Below are positions 28,131 through 41,269 of a stretch of 64,000 nucleotides of DNA, piece by piece (the first letter of the stretch is position 1; each line of letters opens with the position of its first letter). Location: positions 2,528,001 to 2,592,000 of the forward strand of contig OY970359.1 in the NCBI GenBank assembly GCA_963718665.1, written 5' to 3'. The position numbers were made by a program, and so were the translations under genes. The notes under the pieces are model-generated. The model did not search any database and was not told where the DNA came from. It saw only the letters and a list, made by a program, of their open reading frames with translations. This DNA comes from an uncultured Phycisphaerales bacterium. Its GTDB lineage: Bacteria > Planctomycetota > Phycisphaerae > Sedimentisphaerales > Anaerobacaceae.

Positions 28131-28204
28131 GCGCCCGTAGCTCAGCTGGATAGAGCAACGGATTTCTAATCCGTAGGTCACAGGTTCGAATCCTGTCGGG
28201 CGTA
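28131..28204 (+). tRNA. tRNA-Arg(TCT)
   Basis: Cloverleaf; anticodon arm acgga-tt-TCT-aa-tccgt; GGTTCGAATCC T-loop; no encoded CCA. Confidence 0.95.
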
Positions 28205-28580
28205 GTGGACAAGCAAGGATATTTTGCTTCAGTGGAGAGGGGCGTCCGGAGACACGGGTTTTGCCACCAAAGAAAGAAGTCCTGGAATACATAATCTGCG
28301 AGGGGTTCGTCTTTAACGCGATATCGTATGACGGGCCGGATGAAGAGGAGGGGCTTTTTGTCCCAATATTGCTATTTTCAAAAATATCATAGCGATGAGC
28401 TAAAAATTGGTCTTCATATGGCTTTGGGATGCCCAAATAGGTCAAAAAACGCTAATAAATGATGCCGGAATCACAAAAAAACACAAACTATGATAATAAA
28501 ACGGTAATGTTGCACGTTATAATAGGTAAAGGACATAACAAGGCAGGGGAGGCCCCGTAACAGTTTTTTTAGCGTGAGAG

Positions 28581-28790
28581 GTGTGGTTATATGAAGCGGA
28601 AAAGAGGCAGTTTGTGGTTGGGCTTCGCACTGCCACCGATGTGCTTGACGCGCAGGCAAAATTCGCGAATGCCCAGATCGCTGAAATTGGCGCGCTGACG
28701 GAATACCAGATAGCGCAGGTTGACCTTGCATACGCGACGGGGACGCTTTTAGGTGCGACGAAGGTGAGCTGGGAACCAAGTATTCCTTAA
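28581..28790 (+). pseudogene. C-terminal remnant of a TolC-family outer-membrane efflux protein
   Basis: YEAEKRQFVVGLRTATDVLDAQ...EYQIAQVDLAYATG resembles the last OEP repeat; no upstream part is present. Confidence 0.7.
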
Positions 28791-28950
28791 AGAAACCCCT
28801 GAATACAGATATAATTTCCCGAAGCGTTCCACATCCGTTGGGGGGGCACAAAGCGTTGTTTTCCATTATACGATATGATAAAGTAAATCTTTTATCAAAG
28901 TGCGTTGCCGAGACGGTGACGTAACTGGATTTTGGGGTAACAGAGCCGCG

Positions 28951-30066
28951 ATGGCTGTTAAGATAGAAACTCGTAATATCTGTGGACCGCTGGCGACCAA
29001 GATATATATCTCGGCGACTCTTGAGAATTGCGCACCGGCGAAAGACAAGCTTTTGGAGATGTTCGCGGGCATTCGTAAGATACTGACTGAGGAGCGGGCG
29101 AGCATCCTTCAGGAGCGGATATTTACCGTCGATGGGACATTGCCTGTTGTTTCAGCAGCGCGTGCCGAAGCGTATGGCGAAATAGACGATGGTGTTGCGC
29201 CGAGCGTGTTGATGGGCAGGGAAAGCAGGCGGGGGCACACCGTTGGAGTGCAGGTTCACGCGGTGGCGCGAGTGGACAAGCCCGAGGTTGTCAGGATTTA
29301 TGGTAGGGCGTGCGGGCGAGTGATTAGAACGTCAGGCGGGGTATATTTAACGCTTTCAGGGATATCGGGAGGCAAATCGGGCGAACGTCTTGGGCAAACG
29401 ATAGCGATGTTCGAGAAGGTGGAATCCGCGTTGAAGCAATACGGAAGTGATTTCAGGGCTGTATCGCGGACATGGATGTGGCTTGGTGATATATTGTCCT
29501 GGTATGGCGAATTCAACAAGGCGAGGAATCAATTCTTCGAGAAGCGAGGCCTGATTGGCAAAGGTATCCGGCAGTCGATGCCTGCGAGCACGGGTATAGG
29601 ACTGGGGCTTGGCGGGGACGGGCAATTCGGGATGGATATGACGGCTGTTCTTGAGCCGGCGAGTTCGATCGAGCTGTTGGCGGCGATTGGCCGGCAGCAG
29701 TGCGCGTTTGATTATGGTTCGGCGTTTTCGCGTGCGTCGCGAGCGAGCAGCCCAGCAGGCAAAACGGTATTCATTTCGGGGACCGCCTCGATAGATGTGA
29801 AAGGAAATACGACGCATATCGGGGACGCGAAAGGACAAATTGCGACAACAATCGAAAACGTCAGGGCGGTGCTGCGTGATATGAATTGCCAGGATGGGGA
29901 CGTCGTTCAGGTTGTTGCGTATTGCAAGACGGCTGAGGTGGAGGGCGTTTTTGAGGAGTTCAGGAGTCAGCTCAACTGGCCGTGGATAACGACAATCGGC
30001 GACATCTGCCGGGACGACCTTTTATTTGAAATCGAGGCCGCGGCGATGCCGCAGGCAGGGCGATAA
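28951..30066 (+). CDS. RidA/YjgF-superfamily multi-domain protein (chorismatase FkbO/Hyg5-like)
   Basis: RTWMWL.DIL.WY.EFN.AR, PASTGIG, YGSAFSRA, FISGTAS, DICRDDLLFEIE. Confidence 0.8.
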   Translation: MAVKIETRNICGPLATKIYISATLENCAPAKDKLLEMFAGIRKILTEERASILQERIFTVDGTLPVVSAARAEAYGEIDDGVAPSVLMGRESRRGHTVGVQVHAVARVDKPEVVRIYGRACGRVIRTSGGVYLTLSGISGGKSGERLGQTIAMFEKVESALKQYGSDFRAVSRTWMWLGDILSWYGEFNKARNQFFEKRGLIGKGIRQSMPASTGIGLGLGGDGQFGMDMTAVLEPASSIELLAAIGRQQCAFDYGSAFSRASRASSPAGKTVFISGTASIDVKGNTTHIGDAKGQIATTIENVRAVLRDMNCQDGDVVQVVAYCKTAEVEGVFEEFRSQLNWPWITTIGDICRDDLLFEIEAAAMPQAGR

Positions 30067-30188
30067 CGAGAGAAATATCCATCTGGCATGTACTTGATTT
30101 TGCGGCGGATTAGGATTATTGTGCGGCAAATTCGAGGTTTGACCGGCAGTCGGCTGTAAATTCGGCATTTAAGTTTTGGAGACAGGAT

Positions 30189-31400
30189 ATGGACAGCAAA
30201 ATAATCAAAGAATTCAAAAGCAGAGTCCAAAAGGAGCTTGATGAGGATATTGTTCCGTTCTGGTCACAACGCGCCATCGATCCCAAAGGGGGGTTCATCG
30301 GCAGAATGAATAACGATGGCGTCATCGAGGAGAAGGCGCCAAAAGGACTGATACTAAATACCAGAATACTCTGGACGTTCTCCACGCTTTATGTTTTCGA
30401 GAAAAAACAGGAGCTTCTTACGCTGGCAAAACGGGCATACGGCTATGTTATGGAATACTTCTGGGATAAGCAAAATGGGGGTATGTACTGGCTGCTGGAC
30501 TGGCAGGGTAAACCCATAGATAGCCAAAAAGTGGTCTATGGACAGGGGTTCGGGATATACTCGCTTTCGGAGTATTACAGGGCAACGGGCGATAAGGATG
30601 CGCTTGCCAAAGCGATGGAGCTTTTCGGCCTGCTGGAAAAATACGTCTGGGACAAGCAATACAAAGGGTATTTCGAGAAATACGACAGCGACTGGACGAA
30701 ATCAAAAACCCAGCAGCTTACTTCCGGAGATATGGCTGCCCCGAAATCAATGAATACGTCGCTTCACATGCTGGAAGGCATTGCCAATTTATACGATGTG
30801 AACAAGGACGAACTGGTCGGGCAGCGGGTTGGCGAGATGCTTGATATATTCGCGGATTATATACTGCACCCGTATGGGACGTATTGCCAGTTGTTCTTCG
30901 ATGAAAAGTGGTATCCCAAGAGCGAGAAGGTTTCGTTCGGGCACGATATCGAGACGGCATGGCTGGCGCAAAGGGACGCGGAGATTTTCGGCAAGCCGAA
31001 GACGATAGAGAAGCTTAAGCGGATGGCGATGAAACTGGCCGAATCGACGTATGAAAGAGGCCTGGATAATAATAAGAGTATGTTCTACGAGGCGGACCTG
31101 AAAGGCATCAGCAATTCAGGCAAGGACTGGTGGGTGCAGGCCGAGGCGGTGGTGGGATATTTGAACGCCTATCAGTTGACCGGCGACCAGAAATATTTCG
31201 ACGTCGCGCAGAATATCTGGCAGTTTATCGAGGATTACGTCGTCGATAAGAAGGGCGGCGAATGGTTCTGGACGATTGACGCCAAGGGCAACATTGACAA
31301 ATCGAAACCTAAGGTCTCAGAGTGGAAGTGCCCGTATCACAACAGCAGGGCGTGCATCGAGATAATACAGCGGTTAGACAAGATTGCCAAAAAGGCCTGA
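30189..31400 (+). CDS. AGE-family epimerase (cellobiose 2-epimerase-like)
   Basis: KGLILNTRILWTFS, KSMNTSLH, SFGHDIE, WWVQAE, WKCPYHNSRAC. Confidence 0.92.
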   Translation: MDSKIIKEFKSRVQKELDEDIVPFWSQRAIDPKGGFIGRMNNDGVIEEKAPKGLILNTRILWTFSTLYVFEKKQELLTLAKRAYGYVMEYFWDKQNGGMYWLLDWQGKPIDSQKVVYGQGFGIYSLSEYYRATGDKDALAKAMELFGLLEKYVWDKQYKGYFEKYDSDWTKSKTQQLTSGDMAAPKSMNTSLHMLEGIANLYDVNKDELVGQRVGEMLDIFADYILHPYGTYCQLFFDEKWYPKSEKVSFGHDIETAWLAQRDAEIFGKPKTIEKLKRMAMKLAESTYERGLDNNKSMFYEADLKGISNSGKDWWVQAEAVVGYLNAYQLTGDQKYFDVAQNIWQFIEDYVVDKKGGEWFWTIDAKGNIDKSKPKVSEWKCPYHNSRACIEIIQRLDKIAKKA

Positions 31401-31425
31401 AGACAGTTCTGTGAAATCTGTGGTT

Positions 31426-31463
31426 AAAAAAGGAGAGGCCGGTCAAATAATTGACCGGCCTCG
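31426..31463 (-). terminator. Rho-independent terminator of the rRNA unit (may also serve the convergent epimerase gene)
   Basis: gaggccggtcaa-ata-attgaccggcctc stem with a U-tract on the minus strand. Confidence 0.8.
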
Positions 31464-31467
31464 TAAT

Positions 31468-31576
31468 TCCTGGCGATACCTACTCTCACCCGAAAGGACT
31501 ACCATCGGCCTGACGAGCTTAGCTTCTGAGTTCGGAAAGGGATCAGGCGTTTCCCCGTCAGTAAATTCACCAGGAA
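31468..31576 (-). rRNA. rrf: 5S rRNA (short, ~109 nt)
   Basis: Minus strand: TCCTGGTG...CCGAACTCAGAAGCTAAG...GCCGATGGTAGT...GAGTAGGTATCGCCAGGA. Confidence 0.95.
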
Positions 31577-31721
31577 ACTTTTTATCCCCCTAATTAAAGG
31601 GGTACATATTCAATTGTCAACTTGTCGCTTGAAACAAGAAAAATATGCGGGTGATAAAGTGGGCACAACCATCTGAACATTCATCGTCAGATTACTTACG
31701 TTGAACAACCAATGAATGATA

Positions 31722-34784
<3,063 letters not shown>

Positions 34785-34992
34785 ATATCATTCGATGATT
34801 GGTCAACCATGAGTAATCGCCAAAAATAAATATCCAGACATTGCGCTCCACTTTAAAATTATGGACTCGCCACGTTTAGAAAGACAATAAAAAATTTACT
34901 ACACCCGCATATTAACTTGTCAAACAACTTTACCTGGTAACCCGCAGGTTTAACCTTTGGACCGACCAAAAATCCGCTTTTGGCGAATTTAA

Positions 34993-35065
34993 TGGAGACG
35001 ACCGGGATCGAACCGGCAACCTCTGGCTTGCAAAGCCAACGCTCTCCCAGTTGAGCTACGTCCCC
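34993..35065 (-). tRNA. tRNA-Ala(TGC)
   Basis: GGGGACGTAGCTCAACTGGGAGAGCG...ggct-TGC-aagcc...GTCTCCA. Confidence 0.95.
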
Positions 35066-35081
35066 GGAGCCGCGATTCAGG

Positions 35082-35116
35082 AATCTTAAACTTGAAATCT
35101 CAAATCTCAAATTCCG
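35082..35116. repeat. Degenerate heptamer tandem repeat (AATCTCA-type)
   Basis: aatctta aacttga aatctca aatctca aattccg; related arrays at 15549-15580, 35196-35230 (opposite strand) and around the IS ends. Confidence 0.6.
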
Positions 35117-35118
35117 AG

Positions 35119-35192
<74 letters not shown>

Positions 35193-35294
35193 TTTCAATT
35201 GCGGATTTATGATTGTGGATTGCTGATTGAAAAAGCAGATTTCAAACCACAAATCGACAATTTAGTCGAGGCCGGATAGTTTACATATACACAT

Positions 35295-35338
35295 AAAAAA
35301 GAGCAACAAAAAAACCGCTGCCTAACTGCCAGCGGTTT
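35295..35338 (-). promoter_or_regulatory. boxB-like hairpin followed by a boxA-like sequence (candidate rRNA antitermination site)
   Basis: Minus strand: aaaccgctg-gcagttagg-cagcggttt then TTGCTCTTTTT. Confidence 0.5.
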
Positions 35339-35501
35339 ATAACGATTCATCCGCTATTTCAGCTAAGGCAAAACTTTCAACACTTTGAAAATTCTGTTCA
35401 AATTCACCTACGCTTTCCACCCACATCCGACTATGGCTAATGCTACGCCGGACAACTCCGTACTGGCATATAAAAGCTTCGATGCCAGCATTAGCATATC
35501 A

Positions 35502-35530
35502 AGCATATTGGATTATCGACAGTGCGTCAA
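35502..35530 (-). promoter_or_regulatory. Sigma70-type promoter of the tRNA-23S-5S unit
   Basis: Minus strand TTGACG-N17-TATGCT with an A-rich UP element upstream. Confidence 0.65.
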
Positions 35531-35675
35531 GAATATTTTATGAAATTTTTTATTTTTTTTACAGTCCCCAAACCCGCTTCTAATGGGGTTATACGGCGAT
35601 TCTCAATGTGTGTCCAAAATAAAAATTGATTACTGATTGTTTTTCGACGGTGGACGGACAGGCACAGAACGGAAA

Positions 35676-36641
35676 TTAGAAGCGTTTGGTGCGGAAGTGG
35701 CAGTAGGGGGTGCCGCCGGTTTTGCCGTAATAATCCTGGTGGTAATCCTCAGCGGGCCAGAATTCTTTCGCTGGCTCAACCGATGTTACAACTTTGAGGC
35801 CTTTTTTCTTCAAAATCTCAATCAAATGTTCGGCAACTTGCTTTTGCTGCTGGTCAACGTAGAAAATCGCGGAGCGGTATTGATAGCCAATATCGGGACC
35901 TTGCCGGTTACGCTGAGTTGGGTCGTGGATTTCGAAGAAGAGCTTGGCGAGGTCTTCATAATTGGTTTTATTCGGGTCGAAGACGACTTCGACGGTTTCA
36001 GCGTGGCCTGTTGTGCCCGTGCAGACCTGTTTGTATGTGGGGTTTTTGGTAGTTCCGCCCATATAGCCGGCTGTTACGGAAATGACACCCGGAGCGGACT
36101 TGAGCCAGTAATCAACGCCCCAGAAACAGCCGCCTGCGAAATAGGCCTTTGTGGAAGGTTTGCTGTTGGGGTCATTCGGGTCGTTGGCGTCTATTTTCGC
36201 GGCGGGCACAAAAACGAGTGAGATTGAATTGACGCAATGCCTTATGTTTTTCTCAGTTAAACCCTCGCCTGTGAAGACGTGGCCGAGGTGCGCGCCGCAA
36301 TTTGCGCAGATGATTTCAGTGCGATAGCCATCGGGGTCCGGGACGCGTTTTACTGCGCCGGGGATTTCGTCATCGAAAGAGGGCCAGCCGCAGTGTCCGT
36401 CGAATTTGTCGGAGCTGCGATATAGCGGCGCACCGCAACGCTTACAGACGTATATGCCCGGTTCTTTATTATTGAGGTATTTGCCGGAGAAGGGAGCTTC
36501 GGTGCCTTTGTAAACGATTACATACTCTTCTTCGGGAGTCAGTTTATTGTTAGTCATTTGCTTATCTCCCTTCTGCACGGCCAATGCAGCCAACGCGACA
36601 CCTAAAACCACTATTCCCGCGTATTTGAGCTTCATTTTCAT
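35676..36641 (-). CDS. msrAB: Bifunctional methionine sulfoxide reductase MsrB-MsrA with a hydrophobic N-terminal leader
   Basis: GTEAPFSG, CGWPSF, HLGHVF, RHCVNS (MsrB); FAGGCFWG, GHAETV, AEDYHQDYY (MsrA). Confidence 0.95.
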   Translation of the reverse strand: MKMKLKYAGIVVLGVALAALAVQKGDKQMTNNKLTPEEEYVIVYKGTEAPFSGKYLNNKEPGIYVCKRCGAPLYRSSDKFDGHCGWPSFDDEIPGAVKRVPDPDGYRTEIICANCGAHLGHVFTGEGLTEKNIRHCVNSISLVFVPAAKIDANDPNDPNSKPSTKAYFAGGCFWGVDYWLKSAPGVISVTAGYMGGTTKNPTYKQVCTGTTGHAETVEVVFDPNKTNYEDLAKLFFEIHDPTQRNRQGPDIGYQYRSAIFYVDQQQKQVAEHLIEILKKKGLKVVTSVEPAKEFWPAEDYHQDYYGKTGGTPYCHFRTKRF

Positions 36642-36821
36642 ATCCTCGTATAACTTCTACTCTTTAATACGCAAGTATGCAATCAGCCGTTCAGGGTGAA
36701 TTCGTGGTTGCCGAGAGGGTTCATACAAAAACGACGAACAATGCGGCGGCAGCAGGTTACTTATGAGTTACCAGGAGTGTTAGCAAACACCGCCAAATCA
36801 TCAAAGTTCAAATACCACCAA

Positions 36822-37995
36822 TTATCTGGCTTTTTTAAATTCCGCGATTGCCGCCTGCATAACCTCCTTGACGCTCGTGTTATGCTCCTGTGCGGCTTTG
36901 GCGCAATCCGCAAATTCCGGCTTGGCATTTACGACCTTGTCGGCCCACCTCCCGACCTTGATTTTTATATTCCCGAACCCCGTTGTCACCGTTACAAACT
37001 CCCTCGCCAGCTTGCTTCGCTCGACAATTTGCCTGCGGACGCCAAAGGTAATCCCGCTTTGGAAGATTATTTCTTCCATTTTGGCGATGTCGGCTGTTTG
37101 GCAGATGACGGTCAGTTTTACGGCGGGGCGGGTCTGCTTCATAACAATCGGCGTTGTGAAAACGTCCAGCGCTCCCGCTGAGAGCAGCTTGTCCATCACG
37201 TTCGCGATTATCTCACCGGTTGAGTCGTCGATATTTGTCTCAATCAGGCAAACTCTGTCTGTTGTTGCCGACGATTCCTCTGCCGACCTGCCTAAAATCA
37301 GGCGGACGACGTTTGGAACGTGTTCGCTGTCCAAAGTTCCCGCTCCATAACCAGTCGCCTCGATTGTCATAGGGGGTATCGGGCCAAAACTTTCGGCGAG
37401 TGTTGTTAGTATCGCTGCACCGGTTGGTGTGAGCAGTTCCTTATCAATTGGCCCGCCGACAGTGGGAATTCCTTTTAATAACTCCGCCGTCGCCGGCGCA
37501 GGCACCGGCATTATTCCGTGGGCCGCTTTGACCTGTCCGCCGCCGACTGCCAGCGTCGAGCAGTAAACCTTTTCTATTCCCAGGGCGTCAAATCCAATCG
37601 CCGCCGATACGATATCCACAATTGAATCCATCGCCCCTACTTCGTGAAAGTGAATATCGTCAGGGTTTTTGCCGTGTACTGTCGCTTCGGCCTGTGCCAG
37701 CCGGCCAAATATAGCGATGGCTGTCTGCTTCGGCTTTTCGCCTATTTTACTGTCATTTATGATTTTCTTTATATCGCCGAGGTGCCTGTGATGATGCTCT
37801 TCTTTGATAAGCGGCACGAAATGCTTCGCGCAATCCGGCGCGTCTGGTTTCGCTGACTGTAATATCAAGGTTTTTCAGGCCGAGGGTCGCTATTTGTGAT
37901 TTGAGGAATTCAAAATCCAGACCGGCGTCGAGCATTGCCCCGGCTATCATATCGCCCGCCGCTCCGGAGAAACAATCGAAATACGCAATTTTCAT
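36822..37995 (-). CDS. larC: Nickel pincer cofactor biosynthesis protein LarC, frameshifted near 37830 (probable consensus error)
   Basis: N-terminus MKIAYFDCFSGAAGDM in ORF 37753..38028; HFHEVGAMDSIVDI, AHGIMPVPAPAT, TPTGAA, ETNIDD, KPEFADC in ORF 36822..37868. Confidence 0.9.
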
Positions 37996-38158
37996 AATTG
38001 AAGCACCTTCCAAAGACCGCTTTTTCACCTATTATCCGGCCCAATCGGTTTTTTTGCAAGCCGATTCACCCTGCGCGATGACGATGTTTGGCAGGGGGGA
38101 TAAGACCGAAGATATAAAAAAGGTAAGGGGTATTATGTGATTACGGGTGAAATCGAGG

Positions 38159-39255
38159 TTAAGTATTTGCGGTGGCCGTCTGGCGAACGGCAAGCTCATA
38201 ACCTTGCATTAACTCGTCGATAAGTTCTTTCACTGAGACAAGCTTGTTGACTCTATAGACATTCGCGCCCGCAAAGGCAAAGCCGTGCTCCAGGTTACCT
38301 TTCTTGGCGTTGGTCAGCGCCAAAGCGATGCAATACGGCACATTTTTGAAATCGCAGGTCCGCAGGCACTTCCACGGGCATTGGAACTTTTCCTTGCGCC
38401 GGACGCCACCCGGTCAAGGAAATCACAGCGAATGGCCCTTCCTGGTAGTCCCACGGGGCTGTCAATAATAAGGATGTCGTCTTTTTCGCATTTAATGTAG
38501 GCCTGTTTAAATTCGTCGGAGGCGTCGCATTCGTGTGTGGCGACGAATCTTGTCGCCATTTGCACGCCGCTTGCCCCCATCTGCATAAATTTGTAGATGT
38601 CTTCTCCGGTGTATATTCCGCCGCCGGCAATTACAGGTATGTGTTTGCTGAACTGCTGCTCGTAGGGTTTTATCGCATTTATTACGTCGGGCAGTATCTT
38701 TTCCAGTGCGTAATCGGGGGCGTTAATCTGTTCTTTTCTGAAGCCCAGGTGTCCGCCCGCCATCGGGCCTTCGACCACAACGCCATCAGGCACATGAGAA
38801 TAATGTTTCGCCCATGACTTGAAAATCAGGTCCGCGGCTCTGCCCGATGAAACGATAGGGACAAATTTCGTATGCAAACTGCCCAGTGCATCCAGCGGCA
38901 GTGTATTTGGAAGCTTTATCGGGAGCCCCGCTCCAAGAAAAAGAATATCGGCACGCGAATCAACTGCGCACTGGACCATATCGTCAAAATCCGAAAGGGC
39001 CACCATTATATTAACGCCGATGATTCCGTCTGTTTTTGACTTGGCTGTTTCTATTTCCCTGCGCAGCGCCCTTTTGTTTGCTACTTTGTAATTGGTGTTC
39101 ACGTCGCTCTCGAACTGGCCTATTCCGGCTGTCGCGATTACACCGATTGCGCCTGCTGTTGCGACCGCGGAAGCCAGCCCGGACAAAGAAATGCCTACCC
39201 CCATTCCTCCCTGGATAATCGGAATCCTGGCCTTAATGCCGCCTATCGACAGCAT
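38159..39255 (-). CDS. Nitronate monooxygenase/FabK-like flavoprotein, frameshifted near 38395
   Basis: PIIQGGMGVGIS, EGPMAGGHLG, GVQMATRF, SPVGLPGRA; the C-terminal CPWKCLRTC...PYCIALAL..GFAFAG lies in a shifted frame. Confidence 0.85.
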
Positions 39256-39615
39256 TGGTATTTTTTCAAAAATCGTAATATATCACTCTTCATTTCTAGG
39301 GTTTTTCAACGGGTGATAATCAACGGGTAGTTTTCACATTATACTCTATCGGCTGATAATATGTTGGAAAAAAAATATATTTTATTTATAACGCGAAACC
39401 ATCATTGCTTTTTCAGAGCCGAGAACACAAAAACCGCAATCGGTTGGTTCCCTTTACTTCATCATCCTCGTGTCGGAAAAAGCTAAATTTGGCGGATAAA
39501 AGATTTCAACCTGCCCGCAAAATGTTATAATACTGAACTTTATCCGCCGCAGGCGTGGTTTATTCGTCGTAGGTGGGTTTATCATTGATTGTCTAAACAA
39601 ACATATAGAGATATT

Positions 39616-40227
39616 ATGGCAACCGATTTCACGAAACTGAGTGATGGCGAGTTGTTGGACCGCTCCGCGGCAGGCGAAGAAGGTGCGTTTCGTGAAATCG
39701 TCGAACGTTACAAAAACGGCCTATACGCCTTTTTACACAACTTTCTGAACCGGGCCGATGCTATCGAGGACGTTTTTCAAGAGACCTTCCTACAACTGTT
39801 CACCAGCAGGGAAAGTTTTGACCGGAGCAGACCTCTTCGCCCTTGGTTATACACAATAGCCGCGAATAAGGCCAAGGACGCCCTTAGAAAAATGCAAAGA
39901 AACGCCACTGTTTCTATCGGCACGATGAGCGATTCCGACGAAATGTCGTTTGACGATATGCTAAACGTCCTAACTTCTGAAGAGGAGAGACCTTACGAAG
40001 ACCTCGAAAAAGGCGAAACCGCGGCCAATGTAAGACGGGTTATATCGAATATACCGGATAATCTGCGAGAAATTTTGGTTATGGCGTATTTTAACCATTT
40101 TTCCTACAAACAAATGAGCGATGTCCTTCGTATTCCTATTGGCACGGTTAAAAGCAGGTTGCATACGGCAGTAGGTCGGTTTGCTAAGGACTGGAAGGCA
40201 GCCGTTAGGAGCAAAAAGACGCAATGA
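39616..40227 (+). CDS. ECF RNA polymerase sigma factor
   Basis: EDVFQETFL, LRPWLYTIAANKAKD, IPIGTVKSRLH. Confidence 0.95.
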   Translation: MATDFTKLSDGELLDRSAAGEEGAFREIVERYKNGLYAFLHNFLNRADAIEDVFQETFLQLFTSRESFDRSRPLRPWLYTIAANKAKDALRKMQRNATVSIGTMSDSDEMSFDDMLNVLTSEEERPYEDLEKGETAANVRRVISNIPDNLREILVMAYFNHFSYKQMSDVLRIPIGTVKSRLHTAVGRFAKDWKAAVRSKKTQ

Positions 40228-41243
40228 TATCACTAAATAATCACCAAAAAGAGCTTCTTTTCGATTATTGCTTAGGGATTACATCAGAAGCAGAATCAGC
40301 ACAGGCACAGGAATTAGTATTCTCAAACGAACAGGCAGCCAAATTCGTCAATTCAATAAAAGCGTCATTATCACCCCTCGAAAGCATAACCCCCTCGGAA
40401 TGTCCTGCAGAACTGGCGGAGGGAACGATTTGGCGTATCAAACAAACGCTGCGGACCAGCCAGGCGGGGCTTAATGAGCTTCTTAAGGCGGAGCAGAAGC
40501 GCAAAACTGGTTTCTGGTATGATATTTTTGCCCGGCTGGCTACGGCGGCGGTTTTTGTTATTGTAGGTTCTGCCCTTATCACGGGTGGTAAGATGGCCAC
40601 AAACTACGCCCGCCAGATGTCCTGGCAGACCAAGTGCGGTTCGCAAATGGCCGGCTTATTTAATGGCCTGAGCAACTATAAGAATGACAACAACGGTCAG
40701 ATGCCTACCCTCGCATCAGCATCTGGCGACCCGTGGTGGAAAGTTACCTATCAGGGGCCTGAAAACGTGTCAAATACGCGCAAAATGTGGGTATTGGTAA
40801 GGAACGGTTACGTTAAGCCGGATGCTTTTATGTGCCCCGCCACCAAACCCTCCAATAGTTTCACCTGCAACCCCAAAGAATATAACGATTTCCCCAAACG
40901 ATATTTAGTTACATATAGTTTCCGCATCAATTGCCCTAAGGCGGCGGGACTGGAAAAAATGGGCAGGCAGGTAATAATCGGTGATATGAGCCCCATATTC
41001 CCGAATGTATCAGTGGCTGAAAAAGAATTGAATGTCAATCTCAGCGATGCCCTAATGAAGAAAAACAGCCCGAATCACGGGGACAGAGGTCAAAACGTCC
41101 TGTTCTGCGACGGCTCGGTTGTGTTCGTAAAGGAACGTTATGTTGATGCTTCCTTAGATGATATCTACACAATTCAAGGCAGGCAAACCTATCAGGGCGT
41201 AGAAGTGCCCACATCAGAAGCAGACGTATTCTTAGCCCCGTAA
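40224..41243 (+). CDS. Anti-sigma-like protein with a TM helix and a DUF1559/H-X9-DG C-terminal domain
   Basis: N-terminal ELLFDYCLG anti-sigma-like helix; TM; C..QM..L..GL.NY...N.GQMP; FMCP; NHGDRGQNVLFCDG. Confidence 0.75.
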   Translation: MISLNNHQKELLFDYCLGITSEAESAQAQELVFSNEQAAKFVNSIKASLSPLESITPSECPAELAEGTIWRIKQTLRTSQAGLNELLKAEQKRKTGFWYDIFARLATAAVFVIVGSALITGGKMATNYARQMSWQTKCGSQMAGLFNGLSNYKNDNNGQMPTLASASGDPWWKVTYQGPENVSNTRKMWVLVRNGYVKPDAFMCPATKPSNSFTCNPKEYNDFPKRYLVTYSFRINCPKAAGLEKMGRQVIIGDMSPIFPNVSVAEKELNVNLSDALMKKNSPNHGDRGQNVLFCDGSVVFVKERYVDASLDDIYTIQGRQTYQGVEVPTSEADVFLAP

Positions 41244-41269
41244 TTTAACTCAAAAATCAAATCTCAAAC

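Noticed and set aside
39535..39570. GAACTT as an ECF -35 element upstream of the second sigma gene
   Set aside because: No convincing -10 element at the expected spacing, and a TATAAT lies just upstream; too weak to call.
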